64,000 nt of DNA from Corallochytrium limacisporum Hawaii. Lineage: Eukaryota > Protista > Pluriformea. The notes under the pieces were generated by a model, which was given only the letters and a program-made list of their open reading frames with translations, was not told where the DNA came from and made no database searches. Every line of letters starts with the position of its first letter. Positions within the stretch are counted from its first letter, which is position 1. Location of the stretch: positions 64,954-128,953 of the forward strand of contig PDIP01000006.1 in the NCBI GenBank assembly GCA_002811645.1, read 5' to 3'. Positions 22,601-32,484 of this stretch are shown here, piece by piece. The position numbers and the translations under genes were made by a program.

Positions 22601-25050
22601 GCCTAACCGGGAACGGCAAATACGGACATCATACAAGATTGATGTAGCCTACGTCACGGCGCACCATCGGGATGGGTGCTGGCCTTCTGTGGTCGCGAAT
22701 CTCCCTCGTTGAATTGAGCTCTCTAACTGGGAGATATAAGTCCAAACCTCGCAGTCTTTCGGTGAAACAGGCAGTAGCACGATCCGATCCGTTTAGGTTT
22801 CTTGCCCCTGGACAACTTTCGTTTGCTTGTAAACTGTAGGTGTTCCGCTCGAATGTCTTCAGGAAGGACTTTCGTAAGAGTACCAAAACTCAGGGTAGGA
22901 CGTCATCTGGATGCCGCTTATGGAAAAATCACCTCAGCCTTCTATTGTCAAAAGCGGCCGGTATGATTCTTGGGATGACTTTGAATTTTGGTTGGCAAAC
23001 ACGCTCCACTCTGTCTAGTTGCCTTGGAGGGCTCATGGATGGTCTGTGCAAATGTAAGTTGACAAAAAACTGGTACGGTTTATGATTCTTCTTGACATTT
23101 GGGACCACCTTCACGGTCAAGCACCGTGCACGCAGCACCAGCAATACGTGATACATGAACTTGGAAACTTCATGCCCTGCAATACCCATACCCGGATGGA
23201 TGATAGCATGGTAAGAGATTATTACACCGTTCGTAATTCTTTCAGTTTCCTCTTTTGAGTGTGCATGCTGGCTGAGCATGGTGGCTGACTGTTGCAGGTG
23301 CATAGAATACGAGGGGCAAGGTCGAAGAATCCTTCCTGGCCGGAATTCTTTGAGTCCAAATGTCGTAAGAATATATAGCGCACGCCCCTTCCAATTCGTA
23401 CTTCCACATCATTGAAAATTGCTATAGTCAACAAATGGTGAATTTTTTTCTTGAAGTGCCACATCATTGATAGAAGCAAGCGTGAATGCGAGATACGTCT
23501 CTGTGCTGGGTAGGTCACCATGCCCACATGTGCCGTCCTAACCTCCTACTGCCTCTCAAGCTTCCACTGTACACAATAACATTGCACCCTGAGCATCCTC
23601 AGTGTCTACACAAACTTCATCACCCCATGGAAATATTGTTGTATGGTTCATTGAACAGCTCCTACATACTTACTATGGCCAAGAACGATGAAGGAAGGCG
23701 AGGGCGCCGCAACACCGCAAGCCTACAGTAAGAGATCACAAGACGGCCTCGCAGTATACCAGACAGTTGGTTCCTTCACTTAAGGGCCCCCGGCATCTTA
23801 CACACTCTTTTCTTACTCTCCTTCGGCTCTGTAGTAGTAGGTCCATAAACTAGTAGTAGGGCACATGGCCCTTAAGGTTCCCCTTCGGTGACTACAGCTC
23901 CACAGTGTCTATCCGCACTATCAACCGTGGTGCGCGCTTCATTCCTAATCAAGCATCTCACAGCTATGCGCCAATCCAACGCTCACACATGGGTGAAACT
24001 CGGACGCAGTTTCCCAGATCGTCCCACCCCTAATCCCCGCTGTTAGTGACCTCTATTGGGAACGGTTTCTCCGTGAACCGTGGACACCGCAGGGCTTGTG
24101 CGGGTGTACTTTTATCATAGCCGGGAACTTGCAAAGAGAAAAGGCGTTGTATGTTTACGGACAAATGAGACAGAGGACGTAAATGGAGAAGAAAAAAAAG
24201 AAAGAGGAAGAAATTTGACAACCGCGACAGTGTCAGCTGATCCCGTGGACACCGCAATGGCTGCAGTTTTAGGCAGGTTTGAGTTAGGGAGTATGCAAAC
24301 CAGACAGATAACGCATCCACGGAGACAAGCTAGCTAGGTAGGTAGATGGGGGAAATCAAATGTGCTATCCCACCCGGCCGGAGTTGGCCCCCCCCCGGTG
24401 GGGGGGGTGGGGAGGAGGGGGATTGACCAGTGCACACAGGATTCCAACCCCGACGAAGGGTGGTGCGCCTTTGGGATCAGGTGGTGGGTTTGACGGGAAG
24501 AGGCACTGGCCCACTATTGAAACACATACTCGCTCTTCTCATCGACTAGTCAGGTTTTCGTCTTCATTCGACTATTGGAAACTTGGCGCAGTGTTTTTAA
24601 GTTCAACAGAATCAAACAACCATGCGGGAACACAGGGCCCCGATGATCATCTACCCGCCACCTCAGTAAGAGCTGCCAGAGTATATTGAAGGTTCGCATT
24701 CTCTTTGGATTTGGTAGTGACATTTGAGCCTTCATTAGATCACAATGAATTTACATGATCAATACATCGCGGGGTTTACAAGAGCCGTGTTTATTCGGAT
24801 ATGTCTATCTTCAAGCAACCCGCGACATGGGACATCACCAGACATCCACCCGCAAGTTGCATTGGAAACGCCTGTGTGCCCCGTACGCTCCACGCCCGCG
24901 TTTGGCGCCATATTGCTTCATACACAAACACCGAAGAGGGCGGAGGGAGGTTAGGCCAATGAAATCAGGGCCCCGGTCGTGCCCAGTGAGCAAGGGGGTG
25001 AGAAGCTTCTGTGGGTGTGAGGGTGGTTTTCTACGATCAGGTACGGGATA

Positions 25051-25225
25051 GGCAAGTGGTCTTGAGCTATGACTTACTCTTCGGGGTAAGCACTGTGTGA
25101 TGGAACAATGAGATCATAGTCTTTCATTAACCCCAAAGCGGTGTTTCGACGAGTCTATTACGTTAAGTCTTTCGGCGGCGATTGCGAGGTCATCAGCTGA
25201 CATCAAGAAAAGCGGAACACTTGCC
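25051..25225 (+). ncRNA. Candidate structured RNA domain, family unidentified
   Basis: Nested pairings GGCAAGTG/CACTTGCC, TCTTGA/TCAAGA, GCT/AGC and ATGAC/GTCAT enclose a CTTACTC-TTCG-GGGTAAG (cUUCGg) hairpin and further stems. G-U pairs favour the + strand. Folded by eye only. Confidence 0.3.
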
Positions 25226-25827
25226 GTGAATGGGAGTTCAAAAGCCAACATGCTCATAAAATGATGTCGTTGGATGCGCACAGGCTATCAGATTACATAC
25301 TGCATTTTCCTCCTTCGCCCACACAAGGCAACAAAGTCTGGCATCATTATGAGAACATCTGGCATTTCCCCGAAGGGGGTGGTCTTGGCAGAGATCCAAG
25401 TCACATTCCTTACGATGGTGGGTGGTTTGGTCGCCATGAAGACCTCCCAGCAGAAGTGCAGCAGGAGGCTGGTGATGGTGTTCATAGATCTTTCCGATAC
25501 CTACGAACATGGTAAGTTCGACGGCCGTGATCCGTCAGGAGTAAACCTGAGGAATCCTCGTGGCACAGCGGACCAATCTGGAATCTTGAGAAAGGCATGG
25601 CACAAAGCTGTTACTGTCGTACGATGCTCGATGCCACACAATGACTCTGGTCCTCGGTCAGATACCTGTTGACACTCTTGATTTTGTTTGTCACTTGCTA
25701 CTGCTCACAATGTGGCTCACACTTCAAAAACGAATATGAAAGTCGTTACTAACCTTTGCCTGATAGCTATTGGCATCAATGTACAATGCATATAATCAAG
25801 GATGAGAATGGATGGTGATAAAACGGT

Positions 25828-27477
25828 TTACTCCTGGAGTTCCGGAGGAAGTTCTTGTTCCTGAGCAGGCTCATCCTGGGCCTTGTCACGCTTCAGGCCA
25901 GAGACAATGTCGTCAATGCGAAGCAGCATAATCGCGGTGTTAGTAGCCGTCTTCAGGGTCTGGACCTTGACAGACAGTGGCTCCCAAATTCCCAGGTCCT
26001 CCATGTTGGCCAGAGTACCTTTTTCCCCATCGATACCCCATGTGTATACTCCAGGATTGTCTGCATGCTTTGCTCGCAGTGCAGTGATCATACGAATGGG
26101 GCTACCACCGCAATTCTGGATCAGAATGCGGGGAATAGCCTCAAGGGCATCAGCAACGGCACGGTAAGGCCACTGCTTGACACCCTCAATCTCCTTAGCC
26201 TTCTTGTTCAAGTACATGGAAAGTGCAATCTCAGTAGCACCGCCACCGGGGACAAGTTTTGGGTCCAGAAGCACGTTGCGAGCGACGCACATGGCGTCTT
26301 GCAGGTTGCGCTCAACTTCCATCAGAATATCCTTGGAAGCACCGCGAAGCAAGATGGTACACGCCGTTGGGCTAGTGCACTCCTCCAGGAAGGTAAAGTA
26401 CTCGTCACCGACCAAGCGAACCTCAAACAGACCTGCGCCTGTACCCACATCGCTCTCCTTTAGTTCATCAGTGCGGCTAACAATGCTTGCTCCACAAGCC
26501 CGGGCAACACGGAGGTTGTCACTCTTGCGCAAGCGACGGATGGCGCTCACTCCGTGTTGAGCAAAGATGTGTGCAGCATAGTCAGAGATACCCTTCTCGG
26601 TGATGATCAGGTCAGGTCTGAACTTGAGGATATCCAGAGCCATCTCTTTGATCTTTTCCTCCTCAATCTGCAGGTAGCGGTTCCAGTCGTCTTCTTTACT
26701 TATTTCCACATTGGTCTGGGACTCACCCTTCTTGTACTCTAATGGGCAATCCAGAAGAATAATGCGAGGCTTCTCGATACGACGCTTCATTTTCTGGTGG
26801 ATTACGTCCTTGTTAAACATGACGCCTTGCAGGACACGACTCTCCTCGATTTCTCCACCAGGGATCTTCTCGACCTTGGCATACCGCTTGATATCGATCT
26901 CACGTCCAGCATCCGAGTCGATGGTTACAGTGCGGACAGCCTTAAGGGCAATCTCGACAGCAAGATCCATAAACTTCTTCGCGAACTTGGTTCCCAGGCA
27001 CGACTTGACGATCTTTTGCATCTCTGCATTGTTGTTGGTGTCTAACTTGATGGCGATATTCTGCTCTAAGTGTTTCAACATGTCATCCAGAGCCATGGAG
27101 TAGGCTCCAATGATGACAGAAGGATGGTTTTGTTTCTCAATGAAGGGCTTCGCCACGCTCAGCATTTCCCCCGTAAGAATAATTACGGAAGTGGTACCAT
27201 CACCAACTTCTTCATCTTGGGCCCTCGAGATTTCAATCATGCTTTTGGCAGCGGGATGAGGCACCTCAATCTCACGAAGGATGGCATTACCGTCGTTGGT
27301 CATGACGATTCCTCCCATAGGATCAAGGAGCATCTTCAGCATCGCCCGGGGGCCCAAACAGGTTCGAACGACCTCAGAGACATTCTTAGCCGCTGTTATG
27401 TTGCCCAGTTGAACTTGCCGTCCCTGCTCACGCTTTGTGTTTGCGTTCAGCACAAATACGGGTGCCTGACCTGCCAT
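25828..27477 (-). CDS. CCT3: T-complex protein 1 subunit gamma
   Basis: RTCLGPRAMLKML, TNDGNAILREI, DEEVGDGTTSV, DIKRYAKVEKIPGG, LEYKKGESQT. Confidence 0.98.
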   Translation of the reverse strand: MAGQAPVFVLNANTKREQGRQVQLGNITAAKNVSEVVRTCLGPRAMLKMLLDPMGGIVMTNDGNAILREIEVPHPAAKSMIEISRAQDEEVGDGTTSVIILTGEMLSVAKPFIEKQNHPSVIIGAYSMALDDMLKHLEQNIAIKLDTNNNAEMQKIVKSCLGTKFAKKFMDLAVEIALKAVRTVTIDSDAGREIDIKRYAKVEKIPGGEIEESRVLQGVMFNKDVIHQKMKRRIEKPRIILLDCPLEYKKGESQTNVEISKEDDWNRYLQIEEEKIKEMALDILKFRPDLIITEKGISDYAAHIFAQHGVSAIRRLRKSDNLRVARACGASIVSRTDELKESDVGTGAGLFEVRLVGDEYFTFLEECTSPTACTILLRGASKDILMEVERNLQDAMCVARNVLLDPKLVPGGGATEIALSMYLNKKAKEIEGVKQWPYRAVADALEAIPRILIQNCGGSPIRMITALRAKHADNPGVYTWGIDGEKGTLANMEDLGIWEPLSVKVQTLKTATNTAIMLLRIDDIVSGLKRDKAQDEPAQEQELPPELQE

Positions 27478-28883
27478 TGTGCGATCCGACCTAAGTTGCG
27501 CAAAGCTAAACTCTCAATACGCACTCTGACCACAAGGTCCATGCACCAAACGCGTCGTCATGTTTCTGCCATCTTTTGTACCTTGTCTCGAGATCTAATG
27601 AACTTGTGAACCCAAAATTCTGAGGGCTCGACACCCGATGGATTGATGACTAAGCCCTACAATCCCGTTTCCAAAGCCAGGCGCTCTCGGGTGTGCAGAC
27701 GGTCAAGCCTCGGGCCAGCTATTGGGGGCGCCCTCCACTGGCGATGTGCTATTGCTGAGCAAACGAGTCCGGACACGCACACAAATCACTGGCAACGAGG
27801 AAGAAAAAGTCATAACACAGCTATTGGGTACTTAATGTGCCGCAGCCAGTCTAAAAAGCCAGTTCTCCTGGACACGGTTTTGCCATATGAATGCTGCTCC
27901 CTTGTTATTGTGAAGTCCATTTTCCCAGACAAAAGAAGGAACAGGAAAGCGCGGTCTCCCGCCCGGTCGCCCCCAGCAGCAAATTGTGGACAACTTTCTC
28001 AAGCACAGTCGAGGAGGCAATCCGTTCCGGAACAAAGCGGTATGACCGCTTGTGTGGAGGGCGATGTCCAATTTTTGAATTTGCCCGAGCTCTCTCCCAG
28101 TTTGTATGGCGTTCCAGGGCTTTTTGGCAGGGCTTTCTGGCACGTGGTGGCGTCCGAGTTCTGAGCATGAGAACCTTGAAAAAGCGCGCCTTCTCAATCA
28201 GCCAGTAGCATCTCCCAAGAGCGCAGTCCCGGGAAACGGGGATGGCAGCGCGCAACACAAACACACTGTTTGCAGTGGGATCAACGCAATGGTCTGCGGA
28301 GAATGGATTGTTCATGAAGGAAATTATGGCTGCGCTCCGCAGGGCGGGGCCTACCAGGAACCGCGCTGGTGGCGGCCGGCGCTGCGCGTTGGAGGACGCC
28401 CCCGGTCCCTTTTTCATAGTTAATGTATTGCGCGCCAGGTTTAGACGGTGCAGAGGCAAAGGAGCAGATTGCTGGAGGAAACCATAGAAATGGATTTCAT
28501 GATTTCAGATTGGAACCAGAAATCTCATATCCACGAAAGGTCAAAGTGTTTTTTGAAATACGGAAGAGTCTCTTCAACTGTGTAGTAATTAATACCGGAC
28601 AAAATATTTCTCAATCAAAATGGAATCTTGAAAATTGAGAGTTCCTGTTTGGGAAGCCTAGGTTCATATCTGAAAGAGACCCGCAAGTCGGGTCAGACAC
28701 AATCATCCCGGATCCGAAGATAAGCAGCCAGATGAGCGGCCTGCGTAGAGCGATTCCTATGTAAGTTGCGTCTACTGCCGCTGATAATGTGAATCTTAAG
28801 GTAGAAGACGAAAGATGTCATAGGAGGCAGTCGAGGCATGAACCTCTACGCCAAAGTCATAGTGTGTCCTTTGTAAGGGAACC

Positions 28884-29734
28884 ATGGCAATCGGGAAAGC
28901 TCTGATGCTCGCTGGCAACGTCGTTAGTGTGGACTACGCACAGGCATGTAATGCCGCAGAACAAGTTGTGCAGAAACATCCGGGCATGAAGTTTGATCCC
29001 AAGGATATGTTGCCTATGTACTTTGAGTTGTACCGCCAGAAGAAGTTACAGATGGGATTTGTGAATGCAAGTGGCGATGATGCGTTCATCGCTACCCTTG
29101 ACGGTGAGGACTTCCACAGTGTCAATAGTTTCTTTAATTGGGTTTACAGAGAACACGGAATCAAGGACAGCCGGGCACCCATCGTTTATCACGCGATTGC
29201 ACAGGCTAAACTGGCAACGATGATCGAACCGTCTGGCCGTTCACACGTAGATCTCACGTTCAAAATCTTAACGGACTCCCGAACCATAACCATTCAACTC
29301 TTCGATGAGAAGGTACCGAAAGCATGCAAAACTTCCAATTGTTGTGCAAGAGTGAGACCAAGGACAAAGACGGGAAACTAGTGACCCTGAAAGACTGTGC
29401 TTTTCGCCGAGTCGTAGAAAATGGATGGATTGATGTTGTTGACGGCAGCGGAAGGAACAGTCTTAGTCCTCTAACGGGCGAGTTCCTGCCTGACGTATCT
29501 TTCAGTGTACTTCATGACAAACGAGGCATCGTTGGATACGCAACTCAGGGCCCTCACACAAATGGATCACAGTTTTACATAACTGCCCGCCCGATGCACT
29601 GGATGGACACAAAGTATGTGGCGTTCGGACGAGTGATTGCAGGAAATGACGTGTTGACTACGATCCTCGAATGCGACAGCCTTCGGGAACGACCACTAGA
29701 GAACATAACCATAGAATCTGCTGAAGTATTGTAG
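28884..29734 (+). pseudogene. PPIL6: PPIL6/RSP12-like cyclophilin with one -1 frameshift at 29328-29331
   Basis: Long N-terminal extension followed by a cyclophilin domain (QLFDEKVPKAC / NFQLLC, GPHTNGSQFYIT, WMDTKYVAFGRV). One extra A in TGCAAAACTTC restores PKACKNFQLLC. Confidence 0.8.
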
Positions 29735-29797
29735 AGCTTCGCCTGGTTTGAAATGTGGTATACTTTCCAATAACTCTGTATGCACACATTCTCTGCT

Positions 29798-31789
29798 TCA
29801 AAAGGTTTCAGGCTGCTCAAAGACAGAATTCACAACGTCAATCACACACTGATCATTTGTGGACAGAGCTTGTTTGAAGAAGCTTTCTCCTCCTACTGCT
29901 TTGAGGAACGCTTCACCATTTCGTGCCAGGGTCGCCATCATCAGGATCAAGAGAATGCGAATATGTCGATGTTGCGACCCAAAAGCTGCCAAGCAATCAT
30001 GAATGTACCTCAGATTGCTTCCATTAAGATAGAGCAGCCAATCAGTGTGGATGTTGAGCTCACTCCTGAGAGTTGCTGCTGCAACATCACCGGGGGCGTC
30101 GGTCAGGTCTTGCATGTTCAATGATCTATTGCCAGCCTTGCGCCAAGTCGTACAGGATTCGATTAGAATGAACGCCATGCGGATCAAAATGTGCTCATCA
30201 TACTCCTTCCGGCGGACAAATTGACTGATTCGCTCGCTCAGTCCTGCCAGCAGGGACCGATACAGTCGACGTTTTTGTTGTTCAATTGCGTCTGCATGCC
30301 GCCGAGCCCTGACCAACTCAATGATGTTGAGGTAGAGAATTCTGTACAGGACCTCGTCTCGTCTTATCATTTCGAAGAGAATCCGATTTATATCTTCCTC
30401 CATTGAATCATAAAGTGGACGGGGGAGAGAGAGTACATGTCCAACCACATATGTTGCACGTCTCGCATTAGCTGCATCCTTGCCAAAAAGATACCCTCGC
30501 AGCTGAGTACTCCAGAGCTCACTACTCGCACTTGTGAGTTCTGGAAGATTCAACATAGAAAAGTCATTGTATGCCTTGGCTGCGGCTTCCAATTCGTAGA
30601 TGAGAGCAGCTAACATACGCAAGTCTTCCTTGTTGTCCGCCTTTGCATTGATTTCGGACAACAAGGCACTCTTCTGCAAGAAAGAAACCAGTCTGTTCTT
30701 ATGTCTGATATCACGGAACATATCTCCCACTAATTCAATGGCAGCCGGTGCCAGGAGCAGGTCACACATTTGTCCAAGATTGCGCATGAGAGAAGCTTGC
30801 AGTCTTGTTCCCCGTTTCAATTTCTCGCTGACGATTCCAAGGAGAGTGTCCAAGCACACAGCCTGCACTGGGATCCATATCGCTTCCAGGAACACCTCGA
30901 TGAAGTACACTACCCCGCCCACATCTTTCACTACGGTGTCAAGGTGTTTCTTGCTGAGCACTGCCACATTCTCAATCTTGTTGATCAAGTGTACGGCGGG
31001 AAGATCCTGGGGTAGAAATCCCGATTCCCTTAAATGGCGAACCAAGCGGTAATCAAGGAGACCGGGAAGGCGGCCGCGACATCCATTGCTAGACCATAGC
31101 GCGTGCAGGAACCTGAGCACGGCCCTCACTGTCTCATTGCTAGAGAGGTTCCTATGCACGGCGATGGAGAGAATAGCGCAACTCTTGTCTACTAAATCTG
31201 CGTATACAATTGACTCCCGGATAGGCGATATCAGTTCCGTTTTCGGTAGCCCAGATCCTTGTTCAGATTCTTCACCTTTGTTCAGGCTCAGGCCGAGTTG
31301 CTGAATAAATTCTAAACCATTAATGCAATTGACCATTGTATCACATATCGTTGCGTAATTGTCCTCATCACCAATAAGAGCAGCATCCAAAAGCGGAACA
31401 GACGCTGTGCGTATGTCCTCGGTGTTCTTGTTTTGGTATACATCCAGAAGAAAGCGACATATTGTTCGACTCTGATGAACCCGCTGCGAAACATTCTGAA
31501 TAGAGTGGCCGGCAAGCTTTTCAACGGCCGTCAAAAAATGAATGGCGTTTCCTTCTGTAATTAATGATCCGTGGAATCCTGTGGCGATGACGTCTGCCTG
31601 TGTGATTCGCCAAAGCGGCCGTCCCATTGACTCATCTGCATCGTGCTGCGATCCGAAAGCTGTAGTCCCGCTATTCTCTAGTGCCGAACTCAAAAACTCT
31701 TCCATATTCCGCTTTATCAACTGTTGGACTGAAAACTTGGCACCATCCGTGTAGAGACGCACGGTCCCTGAGCCGCTCATGTCCCCCAT
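29798..31789 (-). CDS. Uncharacterised 663-aa alpha-helical protein (possible CLoG1-family similarity)
   Basis: Long uninterrupted Leu-rich ORF. C-terminal IRILLILMM..AFLKAVGGESFFKQALSTND resembles, from memory, a plant CLoG1-family motif. Confidence 0.75.
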   Translation of the reverse strand: MGDMSGSGTVRLYTDGAKFSVQQLIKRNMEEFLSSALENSGTTAFGSQHDADESMGRPLWRITQADVIATGFHGSLITEGNAIHFLTAVEKLAGHSIQNVSQRVHQSRTICRFLLDVYQNKNTEDIRTASVPLLDAALIGDEDNYATICDTMVNCINGLEFIQQLGLSLNKGEESEQGSGLPKTELISPIRESIVYADLVDKSCAILSIAVHRNLSSNETVRAVLRFLHALWSSNGCRGRLPGLLDYRLVRHLRESGFLPQDLPAVHLINKIENVAVLSKKHLDTVVKDVGGVVYFIEVFLEAIWIPVQAVCLDTLLGIVSEKLKRGTRLQASLMRNLGQMCDLLLAPAAIELVGDMFRDIRHKNRLVSFLQKSALLSEINAKADNKEDLRMLAALIYELEAAAKAYNDFSMLNLPELTSASSELWSTQLRGYLFGKDAANARRATYVVGHVLSLPRPLYDSMEEDINRILFEMIRRDEVLYRILYLNIIELVRARRHADAIEQQKRRLYRSLLAGLSERISQFVRRKEYDEHILIRMAFILIESCTTWRKAGNRSLNMQDLTDAPGDVAAATLRSELNIHTDWLLYLNGSNLRYIHDCLAAFGSQHRHIRILLILMMATLARNGEAFLKAVGGESFFKQALSTNDQCVIDVVNSVFEQPETF

Positions 31790-32484
31790 TCAGTAGTAGC
31801 GCTCCAGCACTCTATCATAGTATCAGTGTCCCACCTGCCCTGAACGGGGTGCTTTGGTCGGTTGTATTGACTATCATACCCATGCGCTATCATTAATAAC
31901 GTCATTAGAAAGACACTCATCCTCCATACAAAGATTCCGCAATGTCCCAAAAACCTTCTACCAGTATATCCTCTGTCTCACTCTCCGCCTGCTCTGGGTC
32001 CTTACTGTCACCTGCTCCACTGCGGCCTTTGCTTGGCCCCCTCCCAGTCGAGGCGTTTGACGGTGTCGCTGCGGGGCGACGGGGAAACGGGGGCCGCTTC
32101 GGCAGGAAGTTGGTATCTGAGGGAGGGCTCCAAGACGGCTCACTTGAGAGTGCCCCCCACTCCCCCCCCCCCCCCCCCCCCTTCCCGGGGGTCACCGGTC
32201 CTTCGTATCCCTTTTATCGGGAACAGGAAGGGGAGCAAAAAGCGCGCGGGAGTTCCGAATTTACTTGATGTCAGCTCTTCTTGCCTTTGGAGGGGCGGCC
32301 CGTCCGCAGTGGCACACCTTGTAGGCGCAGGCGGGGCGCCACAGCATTGGAGCAGGAAGTTGCCCGGATCAACCATTCTGCTACTGGAACTTACTTCAGG
32401 GAAGACTGCGTTCTAATTTGTGAACAGCCGATCGATGAGCTAGCCAGGGAGAGGAACAAGTGATGAAGACTACTGGGAGAAACA

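Noticed and set aside
25140-25200. Hammerhead-like CUGAUGA...GAAAC on the minus strand
   Set aside because: Stem II cannot close (C opposite C), and no stem I/III partners were found.
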